64,000 nucleotides of DNA from Macrostomum hystrix (taxonomy: Eukaryota; Animalia; Platyhelminthes): positions 1,364,001-1,428,000 of the forward strand of contig CATNEN010000031.1 of the NCBI GenBank assembly GCA_950097015.1, written 5' to 3'. Below the pieces are notes generated by a model. The model was not told where the DNA came from and did not search any database. It worked only from the letters and a program-made list of their open reading frames with translations. The position numbers and the translations under genes are program-made. Position 1 is the stretch's first letter. Each line of letters opens with the position of its first letter. This document shows positions 40,299 through 51,657 of this stretch, piece by piece.

Positions 40299-41516
40299 TC
40301 AGCTGATTATGGGCGGCTGTCCAGCTCCGCAGAAGCGCTGTTGCCGCAGCCAGGCGCGGGTCTGGTGTTCGCGAGACTTGGCCAACGAGCCGGGACACGC
40401 CAGTGCCGGCAGGGGCTCGTCAGTCTGGGTGTTGAACAGCGGCCCGCCGTTGGCCACCGTCGCTTCAATCTCGTCCACCAGATAGTCGATAGCATCTTTC
40501 TGCTGCTTCTTGTCTGTCTTGCCATTTTGCTCAGTAGCGGCTTGGCAGTGGCTAGTCAGCTTGGCGCACACCTGTGCCAGCGTTTGCAGCTGTGCACGCC
40601 GCCTTGACCGCTCCTCTTCGCCTATGGTGGAGACGGAGAACTGCCTGTTGAGCTGTTTGCGTACGGCCGCCTGCGACTTGCTTCGCTGCCGCTTGAGACT
40701 GGCGCCGTCCGACGGAGCCAGACCGCCGAACGATGGTGCCGTTGGCAGCTGGCTGTCCGATGCCTTGCGCTGCTGCTGAATATGATGGGACACAGCCACC
40801 GTTGGCAGCTCCAGGAGAAGCTGCGGATGCAGAAGCGTCGGCTGCAGCGTTGTTGGCTGTACAGCCAGTTCAATCAGCACTGTCTGCGCAGCTGTGTTAT
40901 CCTCATCCTCCGCCCCCTCTGCTTCGGCCGCTGCCTCCGCTGCCTCCACTGCGCGGCGACGCTCGGCCGATGCCCAGCTTAGCAGACGCGGCTCAGGAAA
41001 CGGTGTGTACTTGTAGGCCAGCGGCCACGGGTAGCCGCCGGTAGTTCGTGCGGAGCGCGCGGTCAGGCAACCTTCCTGAGTCAGCAGTTGGGCTGTACGG
41101 TCGTGCCTGAATCGCACCGGCTGCTCCGACTGGCGCAGTCGCAGTTCGTTCATTAGCCGCGCTCGCATTCGACCGGCCTGGCGCTCTTCGCTGTCCGGGC
41201 CGCGTGGCGACGGAGTCGTCTCTGTCTCCATGACAACCGTTGTGTAAGGCGACAGGCCACACTTGGAGCGGAAGGAAGCGGCCGGTGGGACTCCATGAGC
41301 AACATTAGTTGCAATCGATGACGACTCATCGGCGGATGCGTCAAAGCGTCGCCGGCCGTAGCTCGCCAGCTCGCTGCTGGCTCGCTCCAGCTGGGCCAGA
41401 CGCCTGACACCCTCCGCCCTACGTCGCCGCTCAGTCGCCATTCGCTGATTGCTTTCCGCTGCTGTTGCCGTGCGCGATCGTGCCGCCGGAGTGGTGACGG
41501 CTGTGCCAGTAGGCAT
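40299..41516 (-). CDS. Uncharacterised Ala/Arg/Gln-rich protein, ~405 aa from the first true ATG
   Basis: Long GC-rich open frame in AT-rich surroundings. The track start at 41663 is GTG; the first in-frame ATG is at 41516. An acceptor ctaacacag lies near 41578. No family recognised. Confidence 0.6.
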   Translation of the reverse strand: MPTGTAVTTPAARSRTATAAESNQRMATERRRRAEGVRRLAQLERASSELASYGRRRFDASADESSSIATNVAHGVPPAASFRSKCGLSPYTTVVMETETTPSPRGPDSEERQAGRMRARLMNELRLRQSEQPVRFRHDRTAQLLTQEGCLTARSARTTGGYPWPLAYKYTPFPEPRLLSWASAERRRAVEAAEAAAEAEGAEDEDNTAAQTVLIELAVQPTTLQPTLLHPQLLLELPTVAVSHHIQQQRKASDSQLPTAPSFGGLAPSDGASLKRQRSKSQAAVRKQLNRQFSVSTIGEEERSRRRAQLQTLAQVCAKLTSHCQAATEQNGKTDKKQQKDAIDYLVDEIEATVANGGPLFNTQTDEPLPALACPGSLAKSREHQTRAWLRQQRFCGAGQPPIIS

Positions 41517-41789
41517 CGTTGCCGCTGTCGCAGTGGATGCTGTTGCCGTCTCTTCGGCTGAACGCGAGCGGCTGCTCTGTGTTAGAAATGCGCGCTGGCT
41601 GCTCGCTGGGAATGATTTTAGAGGACGCTTACTTTCTAGGGGAGCTTCCTTAGTAGACGTCACGAGCTCTAACTCTCACAATCTCCCAGCTACTTGTAAA
41701 TTAATTAATGAGAGAGTTTCTCTTGCTTGGATGAATATCCCTAAGAACAATCTCGTTAAATATTTTATAGTAAGTAGTTTTAGGGGTTT

Positions 41790-41860
41790 GATTGTTTGAA
41801 TATCAGGGGTTCGATTCCTGACTTCACTGGAACTATTCGTCCTTCAGCAAGACAATTTAA
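41790..41860 (+). mobile_element. SINE family A 5' fragment
   Basis: ggggttcgattcctgacttcactggaacta..gtccttcagcaag resembles the head and body of the 4630 and 23540 copies. Confidence 0.55.
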
Positions 41861-43825
41861 AACTCTTCATACCTGTCATTTGCCGGCTTTTGCTGATTCG
41901 CTCTGTTGTGGGATAAATTAGTGTACTATTTGATCAGAAATATTACCCAAAATGGCCTTCCTTGTTAGTACACGCAGCCTCACAGACAGTCTTTGGGTGC
42001 CCTGTTCTCCGAGCACCGCGCGGGCGACTGTCTTTATAAACATAAAGCCCGGCATTACATTTGTACAATGCCAATGATAGACGTATGGGGCGTCATTCTA
42101 GGCCAATTGTGCCGCTTCTTGGCTGCTCTCCACCCGCCTCTCTTAACTTACCATGTCCAGTCTCTTGGTTCACTTTTATACAACAGGCCGGTCAGGTCGT
42201 TTCTTCTTTTTTTGTTTAAATTGCTGCTGTTGTTTCGCTTTCTTTCTGCTAGTTTTTTTCAATGAAACACCGCGCTAGCGCGCCTCTTGTGTCTGTCTCC
42301 CTTTTCGTTTATTTATCAGATTCTTTGCAAAGAGGCACGCATGGATTGTATTCAGCTAGCGAGTGGCAACAAAATGGTTAAGAGAAAATGAGAGCTAGAC
42401 AATGCCTCTGCGGCACCCCCGAGACATGGTCGGGATAGAAAAGTTCCTTTTCTTGTCTTGCAAGCTCTATTTTTTCGTCTGGCCCAAGCATTATGCGCAG
42501 ACTTACACTATACGCTCCTCCTGTTTTCGGGTACTTTAATAATAAATGAGCAGTCTCAACTGGACTCGCGAAGAAAGTACGCGAGCACTAGCGCAGCCTG
42601 TTGTTGCAGGCTCGCGTTCACACACACCCCCGTCCTATTTGGCGGTCCCTGCAGTTCGCCTTAAGTAGGCCTGAAGAGCAACACTTCACTCGCCAGTCTT
42701 TTTCCAATCCAGATTTGCTTTTCCTCTCTGTTCTTCTGTCACTGTGTGGGTGTTCGTTAATGTCCATCAACTCTACTTGGCCTGCTGTTTTGGTGGATAA
42801 AAATTATCATGACGTGTGGAGTCTAAGTTATGAAGAGCACATTTAGATTTAGTACTCAAGTGCCTCACTAAAATGTCTTAAGTGAATTTGATGCAATCTA
42901 ATTAGACAGGTAGCTCGGTAGATTCAAATAGAATAATGGCAGTTGGTATAAAACGTTTGCTTTTGGAATACATTTTATCATGGCTTTTCTTAAATATCAA
43001 TGACATATTGGGCATAGTAAAAGTATGTAAAACTTAGTCATTTCCATTATAAGTTTAAGAAAGACTTTAGCACGGAGAAATACTATAATTTTTACGTCCT
43101 GAAAGTAGGAGCACCCTACCCCACTTTGGGAAATCACACACAATTTATGATGTGAAACACTTCGGACTGTAGGGCCTATTGAATTCACTACGATGATAGG
43201 ATCTGCACTATTCTATTGAATTCCCCCTGGGGAAAGACCATGAAGGTATTTCAAATAGCCACTGCCTACTTCACGATAGCTCCCAAAGGAATTACCGATT
43301 TTCATCGTTATCCACCATATGGTTCAACATTTTCTATAGTGATTTCAACATTACGATGAACTAATTTTCAAAGCCGTCCGAGTCAGCATCGTCGAAATAT
43401 TCAGCGACTCTTATCGGAGACCAGTAAGTAACAGTGCTCTCTATCAACTTCTATGGCGAATCTATGTTGATTTAAACAAATAATAATTAACAATTTAGTC
43501 AATCCAAAATAGTCAACAATTATAGCCGACGTGATTACATGATGAAATTTTGTGAGCAGAAAAATTATGCCTACCTTAATAGTGTTTGCCACCATTCACT
43601 TGGACGAGAATCGTTAAATATCTCGAAGATGCCGATGCTTTGTGATTCTGGAAGTTGTTTAATGCGGCTATTTGAAATACCCCGTGTCTTTCAACATTAA
43701 TAATAATTATAATATATCTTTAGTTAGACCTAAGCAAATAAATTGAGGTAATTATGCTGTTCTTATTAGCTTGGATGCCTCCTTTATCGATTGGTCTCTC
43801 CAATGTCTCTCCAGCCAACGCAGCT

Positions 43826-46382
43826 ATGCAGTGGGGTGGCTCTGAATCTACTGCACAGCAGCAGCAGCAGGCAGCCATGCTGGATCCAGCCTGCTGGCAG
43901 CACCTGCCAGTCTGTGTTGGTGCCATTTTGAAGGCGCCCACTACAACACCCAGTGACTCAGGTGAGAATAAGCTTTGAGCAACCCCCCACGATATATGAG
44001 TACTATATTCATTTTGGATTTCTTATCCAAAACTAAACACATGTCAGCGATACTAAGCCACCTCCTGCCCTCTAATTATCACTTAATTATAATTATCCTG
44101 CCCTCTAAATTCAAGCCGATTGTTTACCACCGCCACTTCGGCCACTAATTTTTGTTGCAGACAGCTCCACCAGCTATCGAGTTGGAAAGAAGCTGGTCAG
44201 AAAGTTTGACGTCATCGGACTCTGCCGCTCTGCCTCGGAATTTGATGGCTATTTCAAGTGCCTAAGTGAGACACAAGAGGGCAGGGGTACATTAGTACAT
44301 TAGTTGTCGCTTAGCTAACTAACGGGCTGGCTAGCTGTGGAGGTGTGCCTTAGCTTCTAACCCATTGAGATTGCTACATTGTTATCTGTGGTAGCTCCAC
44401 TTAGAACACTCCCTCTACTACTAATTAGTAGTCAGAGAAAGATATACGTATTCAGTTGTCAGAGAAAGATGCTCTTCTTTTTTATTTGATTGATATAAAT
44501 CATCAACCGCCCACACCTCACCCACCACCTCAGAATTCATCGCTGGCGGCTCTTAGCCCTAACCCACCACCCCAAAACTCCTAGTTGGCGGCTCTTACCC
44601 ACTAACCCACCACCCCAAAACTCCTAGTTGGCGGTTCTTACCCACTAACCAACCACCCCAAAACTCCTAGTTGGCGGTTCTTACCCACTAACCAACCACC
44701 CGAAAACTCCTAGTTGGCGGCTCTTACCCACTTACCCACCACCCGAAAACTCCTAGTTTGCGACTCTTACCCACTTACCCACCACCCGAAAACTCCTAGT
44801 TGGCGACTCTTACCAACTAACCCACCACCCGAAAACTCCTAGTTTGCGACTCTTACCCACTAACCCACCACCCGAAAACTCCTAGTTGGCGGCTCTTACT
44901 CCCTAACCCACCACCACAAAACTCCTAGTTGGCGGCTCTTAATCCCTAACCCACCACCCCAAAACTCCTAGTTGGCGGCTCTTAATCCCTAACCCACCAC
45001 CGCCATAACCAGTTGACGACGGCACCGGTTCAATAGGCTGCACCCTGTGGAAGCCGCATCCGCCGCCGCCGACGCTGCACAGTTTCCGAGCGGCCAGACA
45101 GTTGGACGGCTTCGCTGTAGCCACCACCGGAAGTGTCGCTCATACCATCAATGACGACGAAAGCAGGGACGCCACCACAGTTGGAGCAGGTATGGCTGAA
45201 GCTGCCGGGTACGCAACATTGGGCGCCGAGGATGGACTGGCGGAGCTCCTGTTGACCGAGGCGGAGGCTGCACTGTCGACCGACTCATCGAAGCCCAAAC
45301 CCGGCGTCAGCCTGCATGTGCGCGGCCTGGTTCGCGAATTCCGCGGCAATCGTGAGCTCAGCTGCGGCTACTACAGGGTCTGCCAGCCCAGCGAAGAGCT
45401 CCTCAGACTAGAAAGGGTGGCCCGGCTGGCTGATCCTGCCTGCCCGTTTGGCTACGGCATGCGGCTCCGGCTGCCCGATGGTCTCTGCAGGCGGCTCTGC
45501 ATGGCGGAGGCAGCCCGGGACCAAGTGAGCCAATGTCACTGTCAGACTGTCTCACGAATTAGCAGTGGACTCTCTCTCACCTACATTGGACTCTGTGTGT
45601 CTCTCTAATCTCCATTGCACTCTCTGTCTCTCCATCGGACTCTCTGTCTCTCCATCGGACTCACTGTCTCTCCATCGGACTCTCTGTCTCTCCATCGGAC
45701 TCTCTGTCTCTCCATTGGTCTCTCTGTCTCTCCATTGGTCTCTCTGTCTCTCCATTGGTCTCTCTGTCTCTCCATCGGACTCTCTGTCTCTCCATCGGAC
45801 TCTCTGTCTCTCCATTGGACTCTCTGTCTCTCCATTGGTCTCTCTGTCTCTCCATCGGACTCTATGTCTCTCCATCGGACTCTCTGTCTCTCTAATCTCT
45901 CTGGCACTAAATCTCGTTGACACTGGATTATCAACCAGGATACTCAAGCGCAGCAGCGCCTGTTGCATCACCTGCGCTCGCACCGATTGCACCGGTTCTC
46001 CCCGGCCGACCTTCTGTTGCTAAGCGGCTCTGATTGGCTGCCGGCAACCGAGGCCCATCTGAAGACGTCCCTGCTCGATCCCCTTGTTGCTGCGGGACAC
46101 CTGCGCGCCTGGCTCTGCGAAGACACCGGCCGGCGGCAGTACCAGCTGTGCGAGGCCGACCATTCTCTCAGCCTGGACATTGTCCACACTCTGCGCCAGC
46201 TGCGCGACTCCAGCTCGACCGGCGGCGGCGTAAGCGAACTGGCCCTGCTGGGCCGGCTGCGAAGAAATAGCCGCGGCCGCTACCCGGGCCTGACCGAGGC
46301 CGGCCTGCGCCGACTCCTGGACCGCCTGGCTGAGGACAGCCGCATCGTCTGCGTGGCGCCGAGAACCTACGCCAGCGTCTGA
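43826..46382 (+). CDS. STN1: CST complex subunit STN1 (OBFC1): OB fold plus C-terminal winged-helix-like region
   Basis: Phase-consistent exons 43826-43961, 44161-44265, 45013-45524, 45939-46382. OB-fold motifs: LDPACW, VRKFDVIG, IDDGTGSIGCTLWK (recalled STN1 VDDSTGVINCICWK), LHVRGLVREFRGNREL..EELLRLERVARL. Confidence 0.85.
44540..45005. repeat. 43-bp C-rich minisatellite (cttacccactaacccaccaccccaaaactcctagttggcggct), ~11 copies
   Basis: Direct periodicity; in STN1 intron 2, running up to the acceptor at 45011-45012. Confidence 0.93.
45580..45895. repeat. 20-bp minisatellite (ctctctgtctctccatcgga), ~15 copies
   Basis: Direct periodicity; STN1 intron 3. Confidence 0.93.
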
Positions 46383-46471
46383 CCGGCCGATCGCCATCAT
46401 TGTTGGCAATGACCATTTCTTGTTGACAATGACCATTCATTGTTGGTCGGTCAGAGATTTACGGTCAGAGA

Positions 46472-46513
46472 CCGTAAAATCGGTCTCTTACTGCGAAGAC
46501 TCAATTTATTGCA
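46472..46513 (+). other. Spliced-leader-like sequence (genomic SL relic, not an intact SL RNA gene)
   Basis: ccgtaaaatcggtctcttactgcgaagactcaatttattgca matches 40 of 42 positions of the M. lignano SL as I recall it (CCGTAAAGACGGTCTCTTACTGCGAAGACTCAATTTATTGCATG). The terminal TG and the downstream GT donor are missing. Confidence 0.75.
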
Positions 46514-47004
46514 GAGATTACAAATATCTTCAAATGAACTTTGTACAGGCATTCCGGGCCCTAGGGCCGTCCGGAATATGCGTATCGAGAAATTTTACCG
46601 TTGCCCCTCCTTCCAGGAGAGGAACGTCATCACCATGCACAGCCGACCTTTGCTTTCTACCATAGACTGCGGACACTTGGACCGTCTACTCCGCGATTTT
46701 GAAGTACTTAACAACGACCATATCATTTTTATTACGTGCTCAAATCAGTTGCTCAATTCTAGCCAGCAATGCATCGGTAAAAATGCTTAAGTTGTGCAAA
46801 TGTACTTAACGTAAGAGCAGATACAAGCTACATAAAACTGCCATGCTTTTTAAATACATTTGTAGCTTCTCAAAAACTGCAGCTTTTTGCGCTGTATAAA
46901 ATTATGTCACATTTTTCTGCATTATTTAAACAGTTCAAAATTTCAAGTCTATCTTTGCGTGATGATCAGTGAGTCATTCAGTGTTAGTCACTTACTTTTT
47001 CCTC

Positions 47005-47538
47005 ACTGACTGACAGATCCCCTGACTGACTGATCCCCTTACTGACTGATCCCCTGACTGACTGATCCCCTTACTGACTGATCCCCTTACTGACTGATCC
47101 CCTGACTGACTGATCCCCTGACTGACTGATCCCCTGACTGACTGATCCCCTTACTGACTGATCCCCTTACTGACTGATCCCCTGACTGACTGATCCCCTG
47201 AATGACTGATCCCCTGACTGACTGATCCCCTGACTGACTGATCCCCTGACTGACTGATCCCCTGACTGACTGATCCCCTGACTGACTGATCCCCTGACTG
47301 ACAGATCCCCTGACTGACTGATCCCCTGACTGACAGATCCCCTGACTGACTGATCCCCTTACTGACTGATCCCCTGACTGACTGATCCCCTGACTGACTG
47401 ATCCCCTGACTGACAGATCCCCTGACTGACTGATCCCCTGACTGACAGATCCCCTGACTGACTGATCCCCTGACTGACTGATCCCCTTACTGACTGATCC
47501 CCTGACTGACTGATCCCTGACTGACTGATCCCCTGACT
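47005..47538. repeat. 16-bp minisatellite (actgatcccctgactg), ~33 copies
   Basis: Direct periodicity; ends ~40 nt from the bHLH stop codon. Confidence 0.95.
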
Positions 47539-47578
47539 GGGGGCAGCAGACAACCTCAAGGCGTTAAAGAGGGGCCAG

Positions 47579-48317
47579 CTATCCGCAGCTGTCGCCAGTT
47601 GCGCGCCACAGGAAACTCGGCGGAGAGTCTTTGTTCTGGGCCAGCAGAAGCAGCTGACGGTAGCTGGAGCTGCTCGCCGGGCTGAAGCCATTGTCCAGCT
47701 CAGCCAGGACCGATTGCAGCAGGCGGATGTACTCGATGGCGATTCGCAGAGTCTTCATCTTGGACAGCCGCTTGGTCTTGTTCTCGTAGGGGATCTGTCT
47801 GCGATAATGTCGTGCATGTGCTAGTTGTTTAGTTCGCGAGTTCAAGGCACAGTGAGTGTAAACTGCCAGATGTACACACCCTGTGTGAGCGTGTGCGTGT
47901 GTGCTCAGGAGAATGGGTCAGAACTGTCGGCAGAATGGGCAGATTTGCGTCCTCGCTGGCTGCGTGTCTTGTCACAAAACGATGCGCCATTGCCAAACAT
48001 TTCTGCTACAAATATCATTAACTAATATTACGAGTACTAACCCTGCACTATTATTTTACAATTAAAATCAATTCTCACTTTCGTAGTCTGCTAAACGCCA
48101 GATTGACAGCCTTAACGCGCTGCCTCTCCCTGGCGTTCCTTTTGGCCATCACGGTTCTAGATTTGCATTTAGCCTGATGCTGCTGCTGCTCAGGGACCAC
48201 CTGGCCGCATGTAGGATTCTGCGGATGCTGCGTCTTGCATAGCTGGACTCCACCCCGACTTGTGCTGGGAAATTCTTTTTGCCGACCGCGGGTGTTTGTG
48301 CAACCGCTCGGTTCCAT
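47579..48317 (-). CDS. ASCL: Achaete-scute-family bHLH transcription factor, two coding exons, ~152 aa
   Basis: Exons 48317-48079 and 47798-47579 join in phase 2 to give AKRNARERQRVKAVNLAFSRLRK/QIPYENKTKRLSKMKTLRIAIEYIRLLQSVL, which fits the recalled ASCL consensus RNxRERxRVKxVN..LR..KKLSKxETLRxAIxYI. Confidence 0.87.
47843..47995 (+). mobile_element. SINE family B body fragment inside the bHLH intron
   Basis: Shares caaggcacag, cagatgtacacac, gtgtgctcaggag, ggcagaat, ctggctgcg and gccattgcc with 25028-25350. Confidence 0.7.
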
Positions 48318-48564
48318 TCTGTCTTTGTCGCAGAAAATCCCAAAAAAACTTAAACTGTCTTGCTAGCTCTTTGCCCACCCTTTTAATATTGCATTCGTGA
48401 CTCTTTTAAGAGGCTGCAATTGGCTGACTAGTAATAGGCCCTAGAAGCTATCAATTTTTATAGTTTTGTGTTGGCTTATTTGCTCATAATTCAAGAATGC
48501 TTCATACATGTAGCTGTGTGTTCACTTTTAGATTCTGAAGAAATGATTTTTTAGAAGATTTTCT

Positions 48565-50710
48565 GAAGCACCGATTTCTGAGTCGGCTCTCTGAAGCAAT
48601 GATTTCTGAGTCGGCTCTTTGGAGCAACGATTTCTGAGTCCACTCTACGAAAGAATAGTTTTTGAGTCGGCTCTCTGAAGCAATGATTTCTGAGTCGGCT
48701 CTTTGGAGCAACGATTTCTGAGTCCACTCTACGAAAGAATAGTTTTTGAGTCGGCTCTCTGAAGCAATGATTTCTGAGTCGGCTCTTTGGAGCAACGATT
48801 TCTGAGTCCACTCTACGAAAGAATAGTTTTTGAGTCGGCTCTCTGAAGCAATGATTTCTGAGTCGGCTACCTGAAGCAATGATTTCTGAGTCGGCTACCT
48901 GAAGCAATGGTTTCTGAGTCGGCTCTCTAATGGAATGGTTTCTGAGTCGGCTCTTTGGAGCAATGATTTCTGAGTCCACTCTCTGAAAGAATGGTTTTTG
49001 AGTCGGTTCTTTGAAGCAATGATTTCTGAGTCGGCTCTCTGAAGCAATGATTTCTGAGTCGGCTCTCTGAAGCAATGATTTCTGAGTCGGCTCTCTGAAA
49101 GAATGGTTTCTGAGTCGGCTCTCTGAAAGAATGGTTTCTGAGTCGGCTCCCTGAAGCAATGATTTCCGAGTCGGCTCTCTAATGGAATGGTTTCTGAGTC
49201 GGCTCCCTGAAGCAATGATTTCCGAGTCGGCTCTCTAATGGAATGGTTTCTGAGTCGGCTCTTTGAAGCAATGATTTCTGAGTCGGCTCTCTGAAGCAAT
49301 GATTTCTGAGTCGGCTCTCTGAAGCAATGATTTCTGAGTCGGCTCTCTGAAAGAATGGTTTCTGAGTCGGCTCCCTGAAGCAATGATTTCCGAGTCGGCT
49401 CCCTGAAGCAATGATTTCCGAGTCGGCTCTCTAATGGAATGGTTTCTGAGTCGGCTCCCTGAAGCAATGATTTCCGAGTCGGCTCTCTAATGGAATGGTT
49501 TCTGAGTCGGCTCCCTGAAGCAATGATTTCCGAGTCGGCTCTCTAATGGAATGGTTTCTGAGTCGGCTCTTTAGAGCAATGATTTCTGAGTCGGCTCTCT
49601 GAAGCAATGATTTCTGAGTCGGCTCCCTGAAGCAATGGTTTCTGAGTCGGCTCTCTAATGGAATGGTTTCTGAGTCGGCTCTTTGGAGCAATTATATCTG
49701 AGTCCACTCTCTGAAAGAATGGTTTTTGAGTCGGTTCTTTGAAGCAATGATTTCTGAGTTGGCTCTCTCAAGCAATGATTTCTGAGTCGGCTCTCTAATG
49801 GAATGGTTTCTGAGTCGGCTCTTTGGAGCAATGATTTCTGAGTCCACTCTCTGAAAGAATGGTTTTTGAGTCGGTTCTTTGAAGCAATGATTTCTGAGTC
49901 GTCTCCCTGAAGCAATGGTTTCTGAGTCGGTTCTTTGGAGCAATTATATCTGAGTCCACTCTCTGAAAGAATGGTTTTTGAGTCGGTTCTTTGAAGCAAT
50001 GATTTCTGAGTCGGCTCTTCGGAGCAATGATTTCTGAGTTGGCTCTCTCAAGCAATGATTTCTGAGTCGGCTCCCTGAAGCAATGGTTTCTGAGTCCGCT
50101 CTCTAATAGAATGGTTTCTGAGTCGGTTCTTTGGAGCAACGATTTCTGAGTCGGCTCTCTGAAGCACTGATTTCTGAGTCGGCTCTTTGGAGCAATGATT
50201 TCTGAGTCCACTCTCTGAAAGAATGGTTTTTGAGTCGGTTCTTTGAAGCAATGATTTCTGAGTCGGCTCTTTGGAGCAATGATTTCTGAGTCGGCTCTCT
50301 GAAGCAATGATTTCTGAGTCGGCTCCCTGAAGCAATGGTTTCTGAGTCGGCTCTCTAATGGAATGGTTTCTGAGTCGGCTCTTTGGAGCAATGATTTCTG
50401 AGTCCACTCTCTGAAAGAATGGTTTTTGAGTCGGTTCTTTGAAGCAATGATTTCTGAGTCGGCTCTCTCAAGCAATGATTTCTGAGTCGGCTCTCTAATG
50501 GAATGGTTTCTGAGTCGGCTCTTTGGAGCAATGATTTCTGAGTCCACTCTCTGAAAGAATGGTTTTTGAGTCGGTTCTTTGAAGCAATGGTTTCTGAGTC
50601 GGCTCTTTGGAGCAATGATTTCTGAGTCCACTCTCTGAAAGAATGGTTTCTGAGTCGGCTCTTTGGAGCAACGATTTCTGAGTCGGCTCTCCGAAAGAAT
50701 AGTTTCAGAG
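48565..50710. repeat. 28-bp multi-variant minisatellite (gaagcaatgatttctgagtcggctctct), ~76 units with 84-bp higher-order blocks
   Basis: 28-bp periodicity around a constant tttctgagtc core; source of many repetitive minus-strand ORFs. Confidence 0.95.
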
Positions 50711-51657
50711 ACATGTCTGCATCTGCATATTATCTGATCTAGAATGAGCTCCTATAAAGATTTTTAAACTCTTTATTGCAAGCTGCGCGGCCCCTATAAG
50801 ATGAAGAACACCTGCAATCGACGGTAGACAAATGAAAAGCTATAGCAGAGTGCCCAGGCGTTAGCAGGCCAGGTAAAACAGTAATTAGAGAGCAACCTCA
50901 ATTAGCATAGTCAACTTCACATTTTCCTTCGGAACTTTCTTCCGGATCCACTGCTAAACCTAGCACAGGCCTGTAATCAAGACTATTCCCATGTAGACGC
51001 TTTATCACTGCAGATAAGATATTTCGAAAGGTAAATTACACACCTTGAACTCTCGGTGTCAAGTGGAAATTAGACTGCACTGACAGCTTGACAATGGCAT
51101 TATGTGCGCTCAGGCAACAGGCTTAATAATAGACCATGCTACCGACAGTTCTATGGTAAATCAGACTAACACTAGAGTTCTCAGCGATCCCATGACATGT
51201 TGCTGGACACTATAATTAGGATCAGAATCCCTGAATCCGGATAGGGGTCGAGATTTTTCGTAAGAATAAAAAAATTCGGATAATTATCTCGTTTTTACAA
51301 TCAGGATCCCATATTTAGAATCTAGATCCCATCAGGATCCCGTATTTAAAATCAGGATTTTATCATTAGTATTAAGATCCCATATTTACCACATGTTAGG
51401 AAGTAGTGTCAGAACCCAGATTTTCTGAATCCTAAAAAAGAATTTGCAGCACGTCCTGCAGCAAAAAGCGCCTGTGCAAGGCAGATTCCTATCTGGCAAT
51501 CATTAAAAGTAAAAAATGAAATGGTAAAATTTCGTTGCAAACAGGTTTTCCATCTGCAGACTGAGTTGTGACTGAGAAGTTCAAACTGCTACTCAACCAT
51601 GTATTATCGAACAATTATCTGATCCTAAAAAGCGTAGAAAATGCTTGAAACATCAAT

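Noticed and set aside
46472-46600. Functional SL RNA gene
   Set aside because: The terminal AUG, the GT donor after the leader and an obvious Sm-binding site are all missing.
50720-51220. Short exon-like frames between the 28-bp array and the bystin 3' end
   Set aside because: The frames are short, I could not build a consistent splice chain, and no motif was recognised.
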